From NCBI GenBank assembly GCA_951406725.2, contig OX597818.1:47554001-47618000 (forward strand): 64,000 nucleotides of DNA, in the 5' to 3' direction. The stretch's first letter is position 1, and every line of letters begins with the position of its first letter. Shown piece by piece: positions 29,370 to 41,905 of the stretch. Below the pieces are notes generated by a model, which had not been told where the DNA came from, searched no databases, and was given only the letters and a program-made list of their open reading frames with translations. The position numbers were made by a program, and so were the translations under genes. Source of the stretch: Octopus vulgaris. Lineage: Eukaryota.

Positions 29370-29750
29370 ACCTGGTGTTGCTCGGGTTTGTTTCGACCCT
29401 TTAGAATTGGAATTTTTGAAAAGTAAAAATTTTGCATTATGTAGCTTGTTATTCTCTTTAAGTGAACATTTTTCTGGTTGAAATACACTGAAAAATGGCG
29501 ACACAGCAGTAAAAAAAATCGTAAAAAATAGGGATTTTCATAGAAAAAAAGCACCTTTTTGATGTAAATAATTTTGGGTCTTAGCTTGGTCCGATTTGAA
29601 TTTTTTTTCTATGGAAGGAAGAGCAAGTGTTCTTCTATCATACTCTCAATTTTGGTCAACTTGCGCCGCAGGGTCTCGGAGGAGATAGTGTTAGTTGAAG
29701 GCTACCAAACCTGCCATACACAGACAACTTCAGCTTTATATATATAGAGA
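29370..29750 (-). mobile_element. Helitron-like element with eroded 3' end
   Basis: Related 5' end (A|TCTCTATATATATAAA) and hairpin remnant (cctggtgttgctcgggtttg on +); terminal CTAG missing. Confidence 0.65.
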
Positions 29751-30451
29751 TGATATACAAAACAACATTATAGTCACAGCTAGAATGCTTTTGATTATAG
29801 GGTTAGGGTTAGGACCATGCAACAATCCTTTCCACATTGATTTGCTGAAGATTAACTTTGAATAATTACTGCTAGTTTCTTTCATTTTACTGTTTTACTC
29901 ATATATTTTACATGCTGGCAAGGATGGGATAATTTTTAGTGGAGTAGTAGTTTTTACTTTTAGATGTCCTTTCCTTCATTCAGTTATTCCTGTAAATTAC
30001 CAGATAGTTCAGCAGTTAAATGCAATATTCTTGTTTTAATTTAAAATATATACCCTGTTTTATTTTTCTACTTACTTTTATTTCATTTCCCAGACTTTCT
30101 TATAATCTCATCCTCTTTTCTTAATAACACTGTTAATTCTCAACATTGCAACCATTTAAAAAAAAAAGGTGCTTCATTTAAAGCAGCTTAGATGAGAATT
30201 TGAACAAAAATCTGAGTGTGTAGTAACTTCTGGTTTTGTCATCAGAATTTTGATGTTTAGCTTGAATCTCTGTTGGTCAATATTTGCTAGAAGAATGCAG
30301 CTGGGTGGGAGTTCCGGAGGTTCACTATTCTGAAGAAGAATGATTGGAGAAAGGGTTTAGCACAGGAATAAAATGAGGCAAGATACAATAAAGAGGATGA
30401 GAGAAAAGAATACAAACATATTGGTTGAGTTTAGATAGAAACAGTATGCAA

Positions 30452-31008
30452 CGGCAGTGAGCTGGCAGAAACGTTAGCACACCGGGCAAACTGCTTAGTG
30501 GTATTTCATCTGCCATTATGTTCTGAGTTCAAGTTCCGCCGAGGTCGACTTTGCCTTTCATCCTTTCGAGGTTGATTAAATAAGTACCAGTTATGCACTG
30601 GGGTCGATATAATTGACTTAATCCGTTTGTCTGTCCTTGTTTAGCCCCTTGTGGGTAGTAAAGAAATAGGTATTTCGTCCGCCGTTACATTCTGAGTTCA
30701 AATTCCACCGAGGTTGACTTTGCCTTTCATCCTTTCGGGGTCGATTAAATAAGTACCAATTATGCACTGGGGTCGATATAATTGACTTAATCCGTTTGTC
30801 TGTCCTTGTTTAGCCCCTTATGGGTAGTAAAGAAATATTTCGTCCGCCGTTACGTTCTGAGTTCAAATTCCACCGAGGTCAACTTTGTCTTTCATCCTTT
30901 CGGGGTCAATAAATTAAGTACCAGTTACACACTGGGATCGATCTGATTGACTTAATCCCTTTGTTTGTCTCCTCTATGTTTAGCCCCTTGTGGGCAATAA
31001 AGAAATAA
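30452..31008 (+). mobile_element. SINE family B with body triplicated in tandem
   Basis: One head followed by three ~175-bp units tatttc...ttctgagttcaa...gcccctt.tggg.a.taaagaaata. Confidence 0.85.
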
Positions 31009-31039
31009 GAAACAATATGCAACTTGCCAGTTCAAAATG

Positions 31040-31720
31040 CATCTTTCAACTAATGATTGCAGAATTCTAGCAAGTCTTTGTTAATCAGCATTCCAGTGAA
31101 GGGTCTTTGCCAACCATCATGTAGATTAACATTTTCTGACCTTAAAGAGGAAATCTAGTCTTTGGGCTGCAGTTTTGACACTGGTATATATTTGTAGACA
31201 GCATGAGTTCATTAGACATTGTGGGACTTAAAATTTAGCCATATTGAGGGCTTTAGTTTAGTTATGTGTTGTTTATGTCTTTGGAGAATGTAGTACAAGG
31301 CTGTTCCTTGATATTTGTAGTGATTGTATTGTAGTTCTGATTTAGACAACTAAGTCACTAAGTCCTCATTGAAGGATGTTTTGAGATTTCAGTTCACAGA
31401 AGCAGTAGCAAGTGTCGAATTCTTTTGGATAAGACTTGTGTGCACAATGTCAAAGAAGAATTAAGAGTGGTATCGTCTGTATAGGAATGTGTGTGGTTAG
31501 AGTTAACAACAAGCAGGTTATTAATTTAGTGAAAGCAGTAGATTAGAGCAAGCATAACCAAACATTTATATACTGAACAGTTGATGGAATGTGGGCTGAA
31601 TTGATCCCTGTTGGCATGGAAGACAGATGGACGGCACCAATAGATGTACAACATAGCAAAGAGGTTCTCTTGCCAGGCACAGTTTAAAGCTTTGCAACAT
31701 TACTTTTACCAAAATTCTCA
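31040..31720 (-). mobile_element. Degenerate LINE RT fragment
   Basis: Minus strand gives HSYTDDTT (YADD-like) near 31470-31490; heavily decayed; extent approximate. Confidence 0.5.
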
Positions 31721-32254
31721 AGAGTGAGAGATCACTATGGTGTGGTGCAGGATAAATAAGTCTTTAACAATTCTGACTCTATGAAATCCATTCTGATGGT
31801 TAGGATGTATGATGAAAGCATTATAAACATCTTTACACATTAATACAATATCTTAACTCTTTTAAGTTTCTTTTTAATCCTTTTATTGTGGATTGATAAC
31901 ATTTATCAATCAGTTTTATTAACCACTAGATGTCACATTGGTTATATTACCAACTTGTTATCCCATTTTTATATTTATTTTTATTTTGATTATATTTATC
32001 TGTTTATAAAATGTGCCAAAACTACAGCCACTATCAACCATAATCAATATCTAATGCAAACCATTAAACAGTAGAGTTATTTGCGATTTCAGATGTTTTC
32101 AACTGAAGTTCAAAATGTTTTATATTATTTCATTTAGTTAAGGCGGTGAGCTGACAAAATCATAAACAAACCGAGCAAAAATGCTTAGCGATATTTCATC
32201 TTCTCTTTCTGAGTCCAAATTCTGCTGAGCCAACTTTGCCTTGCCTAAACTGTT

Positions 32255-32532
32255 AAGGCACAAGTCTGGGCAAGGTTGTTTTGTGGAAGACCAGCAGTCG
32301 CCCATGCATACCAGTCTCCCCTCTCCATACCACTGACATCATCCAAGAGAAAGGCAAAGGCCAACACAGCTTGGCACCAGTGACATTGCAACTCATTTCT
32401 ACAGTTGAATGAACTGGAGCAATGTGAAATAAAGTGTCTTGCTCAAGAACAAAACACAACACACTGCATGGTCCACAGATCGAACACACAACCTCATGAT
32501 TGTCGTCTCAACACTTAAACCACTGAGCCACA
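32255..32532 (-). mobile_element. SINE family D
   Basis: Matches 1960-2230 (ggaagaccagcagtcgcccatgcataccagtctcccctctcca). Confidence 0.75.
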
Positions 32533-33343
32533 TAGATATATAGGACTCTGCTTAAAATACTATAGACTCCATGTTTGTTTGGGTATGGTAACATATTTCA
32601 TTGAATTATTAAAATAACACCCTGAAATGTTAGAAGTAAGATGCCTATACACAAAAATATTAAAATATCAAAACTAATATTTAGTAAAAGCTAAATCATA
32701 AAAATCCAATGTGAATATGTAATGGTTGATAAAATATTGGTGAATATTGATTTGTATACCTCTTGCAGTTCTGGAAATTCCTTTTGCTATATACTCTCTG
32801 GAACAGCAAAATTTTGTTGATATCAAAAAAATTCTGCTATGCTTTTTTTCCCCCCTTTCTTGTTTTCAGTCAACAATTTACTTATTAATAATGTTTTTGA
32901 GTTTATATTATTCGTGGTTTTGAATGGTTTTTGACTTTGATAATAACATTTTTTACTATTATTGATTATATTTTTGCAACCTGGTGATTATATTTCTTAA
33001 TTTTTTTATTAATACGTTCTCTATTTCAGTATAAAAATACAAGGATTTTTATTAAAAATTTTCCAAAATTCTTCCTTTTATTTTATATTTAAATATATAA
33101 TTTAAATTTTAAATAATTCAAATTTTTTTTAATGTTATGAACAACAGCTGTTATTTATATTTGTAATTGTTAGTTCTTAAAAATTGAATATATTTCCATG
33201 GGTTTAATGGAATTATATTTGATATGAAATAGATTTTAAAAATATATCTAGCTTCTAATTAGTTGCCGAAGACTTTATCATATTCACTGAGTTTTATTTT
33301 TCCTGCAATAACTGATGTATTTGTTGTTCTCTCTTCCCTGTAG

Positions 33344-35595
33344 GAAACAAATTTGAATGTACATCCCGAGTGGGAAGACCGCATAATGAATTATCTAGTC
33401 CATAAGACTCACCCTGTAAAGACCATGGAACTGGCACGTCTTGTAAGTGTTCGTTCACGAAAAGAAGTGAATCCGACTTTGTACAGCATGGATAGACGTG
33501 GTTTGATAAGAAAGCACGGCATGCAGCCGCCAACATGGGTTATTGCTGATCCACCTGCATCTCATACAAATTATAACCAGAATGAGTCTCATTATTCTAG
33601 TAGTCCAGGAATCTATCAGCATGGCCCAGTATCAAGAACACCACCAAATTTCTATGCTAATAACCGTGAAAGTTATAGAGGACAGAAGACTCCCAATAAT
33701 AATTACCAGCGTTCAAAACGATCAACCTATAGAAGTGAATGGCATGGTTTCTGTCCACCATCTCATATATACTCAGAAAGTAAGAATGAATCTCTCATCT
33801 ACAGTCACAGTAGTAAAGATACCGAAATTCTCTCTATTGGAAACACTAGTTCTCCAAATAGATTACGTTCAGAAAGTTGCAGCCCAGATGATTGTGAGGC
33901 CCTGGAAACAGCAATTGCTAATTATCCACATAGTGGTGGATATGGCCAAGGCTATTCAGGACATTTTCCTGTAACTTCTGAATCTAAACAAAGTGGTAAG
34001 CCACGAAGGAGAAATTGTGATAACTTTAACATGCAAAATTCTTCAAATGGTACCATGATGCCATTAAAAAGTAATGACAGGATGGTCATCCAACAGAAAA
34101 AGATAGACTTGCAGGATGATCGTGAAAGACATTATGACGGAAACTATCAATCATACCCTAGTAATTTTATGAACTATGCAAATCATTCTTTTGGAGATAT
34201 GCCTGTTTGTTACCATCAGATGGACCGAGAGGGTCCGGATATGTCTCGCGTACACCTGAGTTCCTTGAAGAAAGACTCGAAGGACCATTCGCCCCACGAT
34301 CAAATCTCTCCCAAACGGAACTCAAATATAAAGGCTTGCAATTCTGACCCGCATGACCCACATGCTAAAATCATATCCTTCCTTGATAAAACCATGAATG
34401 GTTCTGCTAAATCACGTGAAATAGCTAAACATACAGGCCTTTCTCTCGAAGAAACTCAAAAGCATTTGCATAGTTTATGTAAAAAGAAAATAGTCACCAC
34501 TATTGGTGAAGATATTTATATTATGGCAAAGAACGCAGCCAGTTACGAAACTGAAATCCCTGCTGGAAAAAGTTCTTCATCTGTGAACTCTGCCATGTCT
34601 CGTCAGTTTTCTAGTGGAAATCGGCAACCTCCTGCGCCTCCACATGTTCTACTGGCGGACAATGGCATCAGCTCTAGCAACATGAAAAGTGCTTATTACC
34701 AAAATAATAATTCCCAAAAACAACCTGGGTCTTCAAACGAACAGAAATCAGCATCAAATCAGGCGAGTAGAAATTCTCATCTACCTCCTTCCCCTCATGA
34801 GCTCCTTGCAAAAGATCCGGTCTTTAAAGGAGATGTTGCTGTATCTAATTCAAGCAATTCTTCTAAGGAATTCAACCAGTCGTCATCATCTTCGTCAGCA
34901 TCCTTGTCGTCCTCAACGTCAAAGAATTCTAGGTGGAACAATAGCACCACACTGATAGAAAGCTCAAGGGCACCAGCTACGAATTCCACTTCAACGTCAT
35001 CGACTACATCATTTGCTCCAAGTCCCAAGCAAAGTAATTCAAGTTCTAAACAGTCTGCTGGAAGTTCTAAGCAGACGTCATCTTCAAAACAAACTGCTTC
35101 AAATTCTAAAGGCTCTGGGTCAAAAGGTTCCTCAGGCTCTAAGCAAGGATCTTCTAATTCCAAATCTGCTTCGAGCTCAAAACAAAGGGCCAACAGTCCA
35201 AAGCAAAATGCTTCAAATAATCAATCTTCATCTCAGTCTAATTCAAATTCCACTGTTAACAACTCAAATAATAAAAAGAATTCAGTTGATAATATCCAAG
35301 ATCTTCTTAAGAATACATCCATTTCCTCTTCAAGTGAAACTACTGAAACTAAAACTCCAACTTTAGCTGAAATCAAGGCAGCAGCAGTAGCGCAGGCGTT
35401 GGCCGACAAAGCGGCTGAGAAAGGAGCTGACAAGGCTGGTATTGACTCACTGGCACCAAATCTGCAGATCACTTCAGAGAGTTTTGCTGCCCTTAACAAA
35501 AATCCTGTAAGTGCATTGATGGAATATGCTCAACAGCGCCATTTACCTGTTGAATTTAAGCTCTTATCACACAGAGGACCTTCTCATCGACCATT
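33344..35595 (+). CDS. ADAR1: ADAR1 large exon (2252 nt): Z-alpha, second winged helix, Ser-rich region, N-half of dsRBD
   Basis: Acceptor ctctcttccctgtAG ends at 33343; frame [18 protein letters not shown]...; Z-alpha motif [11 protein letters not shown]...QPPTW; dsRBD start [12 protein letters not shown]...GPSHRP; donor GTAAGT at 35596 (phase 2). Confidence 0.95.
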
Positions 35596-36214
35596 GTAAG
35601 TAAATTTCTTTTTTTTTTTTTTTTATTTTTAATAGACTTAATTTACTTTTTTTATTAAGATATGATTATATTTACTTTTTATAAGAAAATTCTTTCATTA
35701 GTTGCAGATATATTCCTGTTATTTAGATTTAACAAGCTGCTAAGTGTATTGGGAGAGTTTACGAAAAAAAACAAAAGACGAAGACAGGTGGTGTACAAAA
35801 CAAACAGATGTATTAGTATAACGCTCAGGAATAGAAAAAGTCTTTTACATTTCGAGCCTATGCTCTTCTGCAGAAAGGGACACAGAAAAAACAAGGAGAG
35901 AAAAAAAATGTGTGTAGTGGCTAACGATAACGCTCAGGAATAGAAAAAGTCTTTTACGTTTCGAGCCTATGCTCTTCTACAGAAAGGTACACAGAAAAAA
36001 CAAGGAGAGAAAAAAATGTGTGTAGTGGCTAACGATCTATCATGGCGTATGTATGTGTGTTTGTGTAAATTTGTATGTATGTATGTAAATAATGTGTATA
36101 TGTATAAATAAATATGAGATGTATGAAATATTGGTAACTCCTTATTTGCATCATATTTTTTCTTATATTCGTTTCATTTGAATGTACATATAATTAATGT
36201 CAACAAGCTGAATG

Positions 36215-36267
<53 letters not shown>

Positions 36268-39200
36268 TACTTGAAAATGTTTAGTGCTTTATATCAAATT
36301 TGTAGAACACTTGAAGTATTTCCTGAACAGGTTATCGGTAGGTTGCCTATATAATTGCTTCCTAACTACGTGCTTCCAGGTTCAGTCCCACTGCATGGCA
36401 CATTGGGCAAGTGTCTTCTACTATAGCTTTGGGCTGACCAAACCCTTGTGAGTAGACTTGGTAGACAGAAACTAAAAGAAGTGTGCTGCTTATATATCAA
36501 TGTGTGTGTCTTTGTATCTGTGTCTGTTCCTCATCACTGCTTAACAATTGTTATTGGTGACTTTACATCCATGTAAGTTAACAGATCAGCAAAAGAGACT
36601 AATAGAATGAATGCTAGGCTTCAAAAAAAATGTTTGGTGGGGAGAACAGCTCATTTCATCATCATCATCATTTAATGTCCGTTTTCCATGCTAGCATGGG
36701 TTGGACGGTTTGGCCAGGGTCTGGGAAGCCAGGAGGCTGCACCAGGCTCCAGTCTGGTCTGGCAGTGTTTCTACAGCTGGATGCACTTCCTAACGTCGAC
36801 CACTCCGTAAGTGTAGTGGGTGCTTTTTACGTGCCACCGGCATGGAAGCCAGTCAAGGTAGCACTGGCATCGACCACATTCAGATGGTGCTTTTTATGTG
36901 CCACCGGCACGAGTATCACAACTACAATTTCCATTTGAAGTGACTAAAAAATTCTTCAACGTGATGCCTCAGCATGGCTGCAGTCCAATGACTGAAACAA
37001 GTAAAAGGTTGATGACTGCATGATTATATTATGGCTAGTTTAATGAGTACAATCAGCTAGTTTAATTATGGCTAGTTTAATCAGTAAATAATCATTGATA
37101 GTATTAAGATCTACAGCATTTTCTCTGTAGTGCCAGAAGTGAGAATTTAATATCCATATTGGTGTTGTCCATTCTGAATTTAGTTTGTGTTTTTTAGGTA
37201 AAGCCCTACAATAGTTGTTGTTAATATTATGCACTTTGCAAAGGCAGCGAGCTGGCTGAAACGTTAGCACGCCAGGCGAAATGCTTAGCGGTATTTTGTC
37301 TGCCGTTACATTCTGAGTTCAAATTCCGCCAAGGCTGACTTTGCCTTTCATCCTTTCGGGGTCGATAAATTAAGTACCACTTATGCACTGGGGTCGATAT
37401 AATCAGCTTAATTCCTTTGTCTGTCCTTGTTTGTCCTCTCTGTGTTTAGCCCCTTGTGGGCAATAAAGAAATAAGAATTGTTAGCATGCCAAATACTATA
37501 CTTAGTGACATTTCATCTGGCTTTACATTCTGAGTTCAAATTCTGCTGAAATTGACTTTGCCTTTCATCCTTTCGAGATAAGCACTGGGCTCAATGTAAC
37601 TGACTCCCCCAAAACTTCCAGACATGTACCTATGGTAGAAAAATTATTATGCACTTTGTATAATTAAAAATTTCCATTGGACCACTCTGTAACCTTTTAT
37701 GTGCTGTTCATGAGATGCTTGCGATAAATCTGAAATGCAAAAATCTAAGGGCTTGAATTTTTTTTTCTATCTTAACGGCTTAGTCATAGAATGATGAGTG
37801 GTGTCCAAGACTCTATTGCAGGACCTCTGACACTGGTGAGAGGAAATTATCCTCAAACTGGAAACCTGGTTTGAATGCTAGCAACAGAGTGGACTCCACG
37901 AAATGTACTCTAGAAGCAGGTGATGGTGTTAAACCATTCGACAGATTAAGTTTACCGCTCAGATGTTCTTTGAAAATATTCCTTTCAGTTTTCTTATAAT
38001 TTGAATGTTTAAGATAATATACTGCAGTAGCTCCATGTTGTAAAGACATGGTCAGTCAGTGAGAATGTCATATGTGTGTTTGTGTATGTCAGATGTGACA
38101 GCTTGAGCTGTGATTTCAGCTTTCATGTTTATGATGACATTTGTATATTACTTCAGTTATCTGGACTATGTTAACAATATTAAATGCTGAATTGTGGACC
38201 GAGTGGATAATCCATAACCACTCCGTACCTCTTTGTGAATAGGTGGCCTTGTGGACAGCAAAAGAGAACCTTGCTTTTGTTGGCAAACACAAACTTTTTA
38301 ACCCTTTCGTTACCAACCCAGCCCTGACTCTGAGTACAAATGTCTTGTTTTCATAAGTTTGAATTAAAATCTTCCACCAAACCTTAGTCACAATTTATGT
38401 TCCTAACACTAGCTAAATGATAATTAAGTTATTTTACTAAATTCTTTGTTATATTTAAAGTAATTGAAAGAAACACAGAGCATCTCAAAATAAATACAGT
38501 AACAAAAGGGTTAAGGATGTTTCTTGGTTTATTCCAAGGTTTTATTATAGATTGTATATGTCCTATGGTTATAGTTTCCATTAGCAGAATATTGGTAAAA
38601 AGATTACCAGCATCCACAGTAGGAATGTTTCAACTTTGTAAGTTTCCTGTAAAATTTTTATGAATTAATTTGGTGAGTGTATATTATGCATCCTTGTGGC
38701 ATAAATTTCTTTGTGTTATCTTGTTACGTAGCAATTTTATGTGTAAGTATGTTGATTTTGGAGATTACAGGGTGAAGGGTTTATTTTATTTGTGAGACTT
38801 TATGATGATTGTGGGGCTAATCCATCCTAGATATTGGGACACAGTAGATCCTATGTAAGCATTATTGAGTTTAATTTTTAGTTGTGCCCTGGTGTCTTTC
38901 TTAGTGTTGCTTAGGTTTCTTATGGATTTGTCTTTGTTCTTCATAACAGATTACTCCTATCACTTTTACATATTACAATTTTATCATTATTTCTCAGATC
39001 CTTTAGAGGTACTCTTTTACTTGTTTCAGTCATTTGACTGCAGCCATGCTGGAGCACTACCTTTAGTTGAGCAAATTGACTCCAGGACCTATTCTTTGTA
39101 AGCCTAGTACTTATTCTATCGGTCGCTTTTTGCCGAACCGCTAAGTTACGGGGACGTAAACACACCAGCATCGGTTGTCAAGCAATGTTGGGAGGACAAA

Positions 39201-41704
39201 CACAGACACACAAACGTATACACACACATACATATATACGACAGGCTTTCTTTAAGTTTCCATCTACCAAATCCACTCACAAGTTTTGGTCGGCCCAAGG
39301 CTATAGTAGAAGATACTTGTCCAAGGTGCCACGCAGTGGGACTGAACCTGGAACCATGTGGTTGGTAATGAAGCTTCTTACCACTCAGCCACTCCTGCGC
39401 CTATGATTATGATTCTTGTTAAGTGCATTTTTGTTATTGCCTTTACATCCTGATTTATTGCTTTTACACCTGAATAAGTCTCACAGGTTGTCATTGATTG
39501 TTATTGTGCCTTATTGCTAAGAGTCTTGATAGAATGATAAAGTAATTCCTGTTCAACTTTCTGTTTTTGGTGATATTTTTATTTAGCCCTTTAGCATTTA
39601 AGCAGCCCATATTTGGTCAAAATATTCTACCTGTTTTATGTTCAAATTTGCTAGATTCTGATCTCTTACACCTACACTACAATTATTCTAAAAATAAGCA
39701 ATCACATCACCAAAATCTCAGAACAGCAACATAATGCATAATTAATTCAAAGCATTTGATAGAGAAATCTGAATACTAAAGGGTTAAGGTGAAATTTTGT
39801 GCTGAAATTCAGGTGTGTATTTCGAGCAGGGCTAAGACATATTGTGAAATGTTAAGAAAATTATCTTCTTGTGTAGACAACAATATTTTCTTATCACAAA
39901 TACAAAGTTTCTTTATTTTGTTGAAAGCAAAAGTTTGTAGCTGATGAGATATATTAAGTAAAAATTTGTGATGGATTGATTTTTCAATGTAATTTTTAGG
40001 TAGGAAATTTCTGTTGTCAAGTTTTTTATATTCTTCTTTGCTATCATCATATATAAAGATGAAAGATTTATCCACTTGGGTTGAGAAGAATTGATTACCT
40101 TTTTCCAGAATTCTAAATACGTTTATTTTGTTTGTTTGTTTTTTTCTGGTTCATTATGCATATTTATTTTTGTGTGTGTGTTATTAATTTTTACAAGGAA
40201 AGGTTGATAGTAACTTCGGAGTACCAGCTGCCATTGAACTCAGGTTTACTTTGGTTTCTGGCTCATTGTGTTTTTAGCAGAGTATTTCTTTGTACACTCA
40301 GCATAGAAACACTTGTCATTTATCTTAACAAATGGTATAACCAAGTATTTAGTTAAGGGCATATTTCTTAGAATACCTTTATGCTAATAAGCAAATTTTT
40401 AACAACTATTTCCCCCATATTACAAGAGTGTCTTGTTAAAAAGATTTTAAGAGAAAATAACCTATAGCTCACTCTGTAATTCGGATTAATAGAAACCTGT
40501 GCGGAAATCATTCTAATGTAATCCTCATAATTATGCAGTTGTTCCATACTGTAGCTAAAATGTTTTTGCTTAGTTAAGTATTTTCTCCACTACCCATCAG
40601 CACAAATACTATAAAATTTTCAATATAAATTGTAAAACTATCCTATTTACTATGTAACTTAGAATATTACATGATTCAACACAGCTAAATTAAATTCAAG
40701 TAGTTCAAGTAATAATACTAACTGCAATTTCACAACTGCTTAGGTAAGGAAATAGTGTATAACTGTCAGGTTAAAACTAGTACTTGCTATAAAGCATGGA
40801 TTGGTTGTACCACAACTAAATTCATATTCAGATACTACCAACACATAGATCCATTCAGGAACCCCACTAAAAAAAAATTCAGATACTTATGTCATCTTAG
40901 TCACAAATACCCATTATGGTTTTGAATGGAGTGTACTGGCTAAGAGAAAATCTTACATTGGAAATAAAACATCATGTGACTTGTGTACTGCAGATGCCAA
41001 GATTCTGCTTTATGAGAATTTGGAAAGAATTGCTTCACAATATATAAAACATACTTACATTAACAACCATGCTTCTGCCTTGGTGGTTAATATATTATAT
41101 GTTTTCTAATTGCACCACTAACTGCTTATCCAGCCCATGAACTAGACTTCTCTTACAGATTTATAACTAGACATATCCTACACTCCTGTGATAATTACCA
41201 CAATGTTTATTTCTTTTTTTTTTCTTTTTTTTTTGGAATATTAATTTGTATATTTGTATTTTTGTGTCCTGTTAACTTGTTTGTGCATGTGATTGTGCTA
41301 AACATGGCTGTATGGTTAAGAAGTTTGCTTCTGAATCACTAGTTTCAAACCTAGACCCACTGCAAAGCACCTTAGGCAAGTATTGTCTACCATAGCCCTA
41401 GACTACTCAAAGACTTGTGAGTGGATTTGGTAGATGGAAACTGAAATGCCTGATAAAAAGCCTATTTTGTGTGTGTGCACATGCGTGTGTACACCTTCTT
41501 GTCTTTACATTGCATGAAAGCTGTAAATGAGTGTCACCACCATACAAGTGGCATCCTTCAGTTCCAAAAATATTACTTTTGCTTGTAAAACAGATGAGAG
41601 TTAGCAACAAGAAGGGTACCTGATTGTTAAAAATTTGTCTTAATGAATTCCGCCTGAGTTAGGCAAGTATAGAAAAATGGATGCTAAAAATTATAATGAT
41701 GTAA

Positions 41705-41751
<47 letters not shown>

Positions 41752-41847
41752 TAGATAGATAGAAAGAGATAGAGAGAGAGAGAGACAGAGATAAGTACTT
41801 GTATGTGTGTGTAAAAGCATTACACACACATATATATATAATGCACG

Positions 41848-41905
<58 letters not shown>

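Noticed and set aside
29797-29813. Interstitial telomeric repeat
   Set aside because: Fewer than three TTAGGG units; too short to interpret.
34795-35499. Antisense and alternative-frame ORFs over the Ser-rich region
   Set aside because: Shadows of biased codon usage, with no motifs or splice signals.
33353-35599. 748-aa ORF as a complete single-exon gene with TTG start
   Set aside because: The frame opens at a splice acceptor (33344) and the TAA lies inside the GTAAGT donor; the dsRBD continues at 55014.
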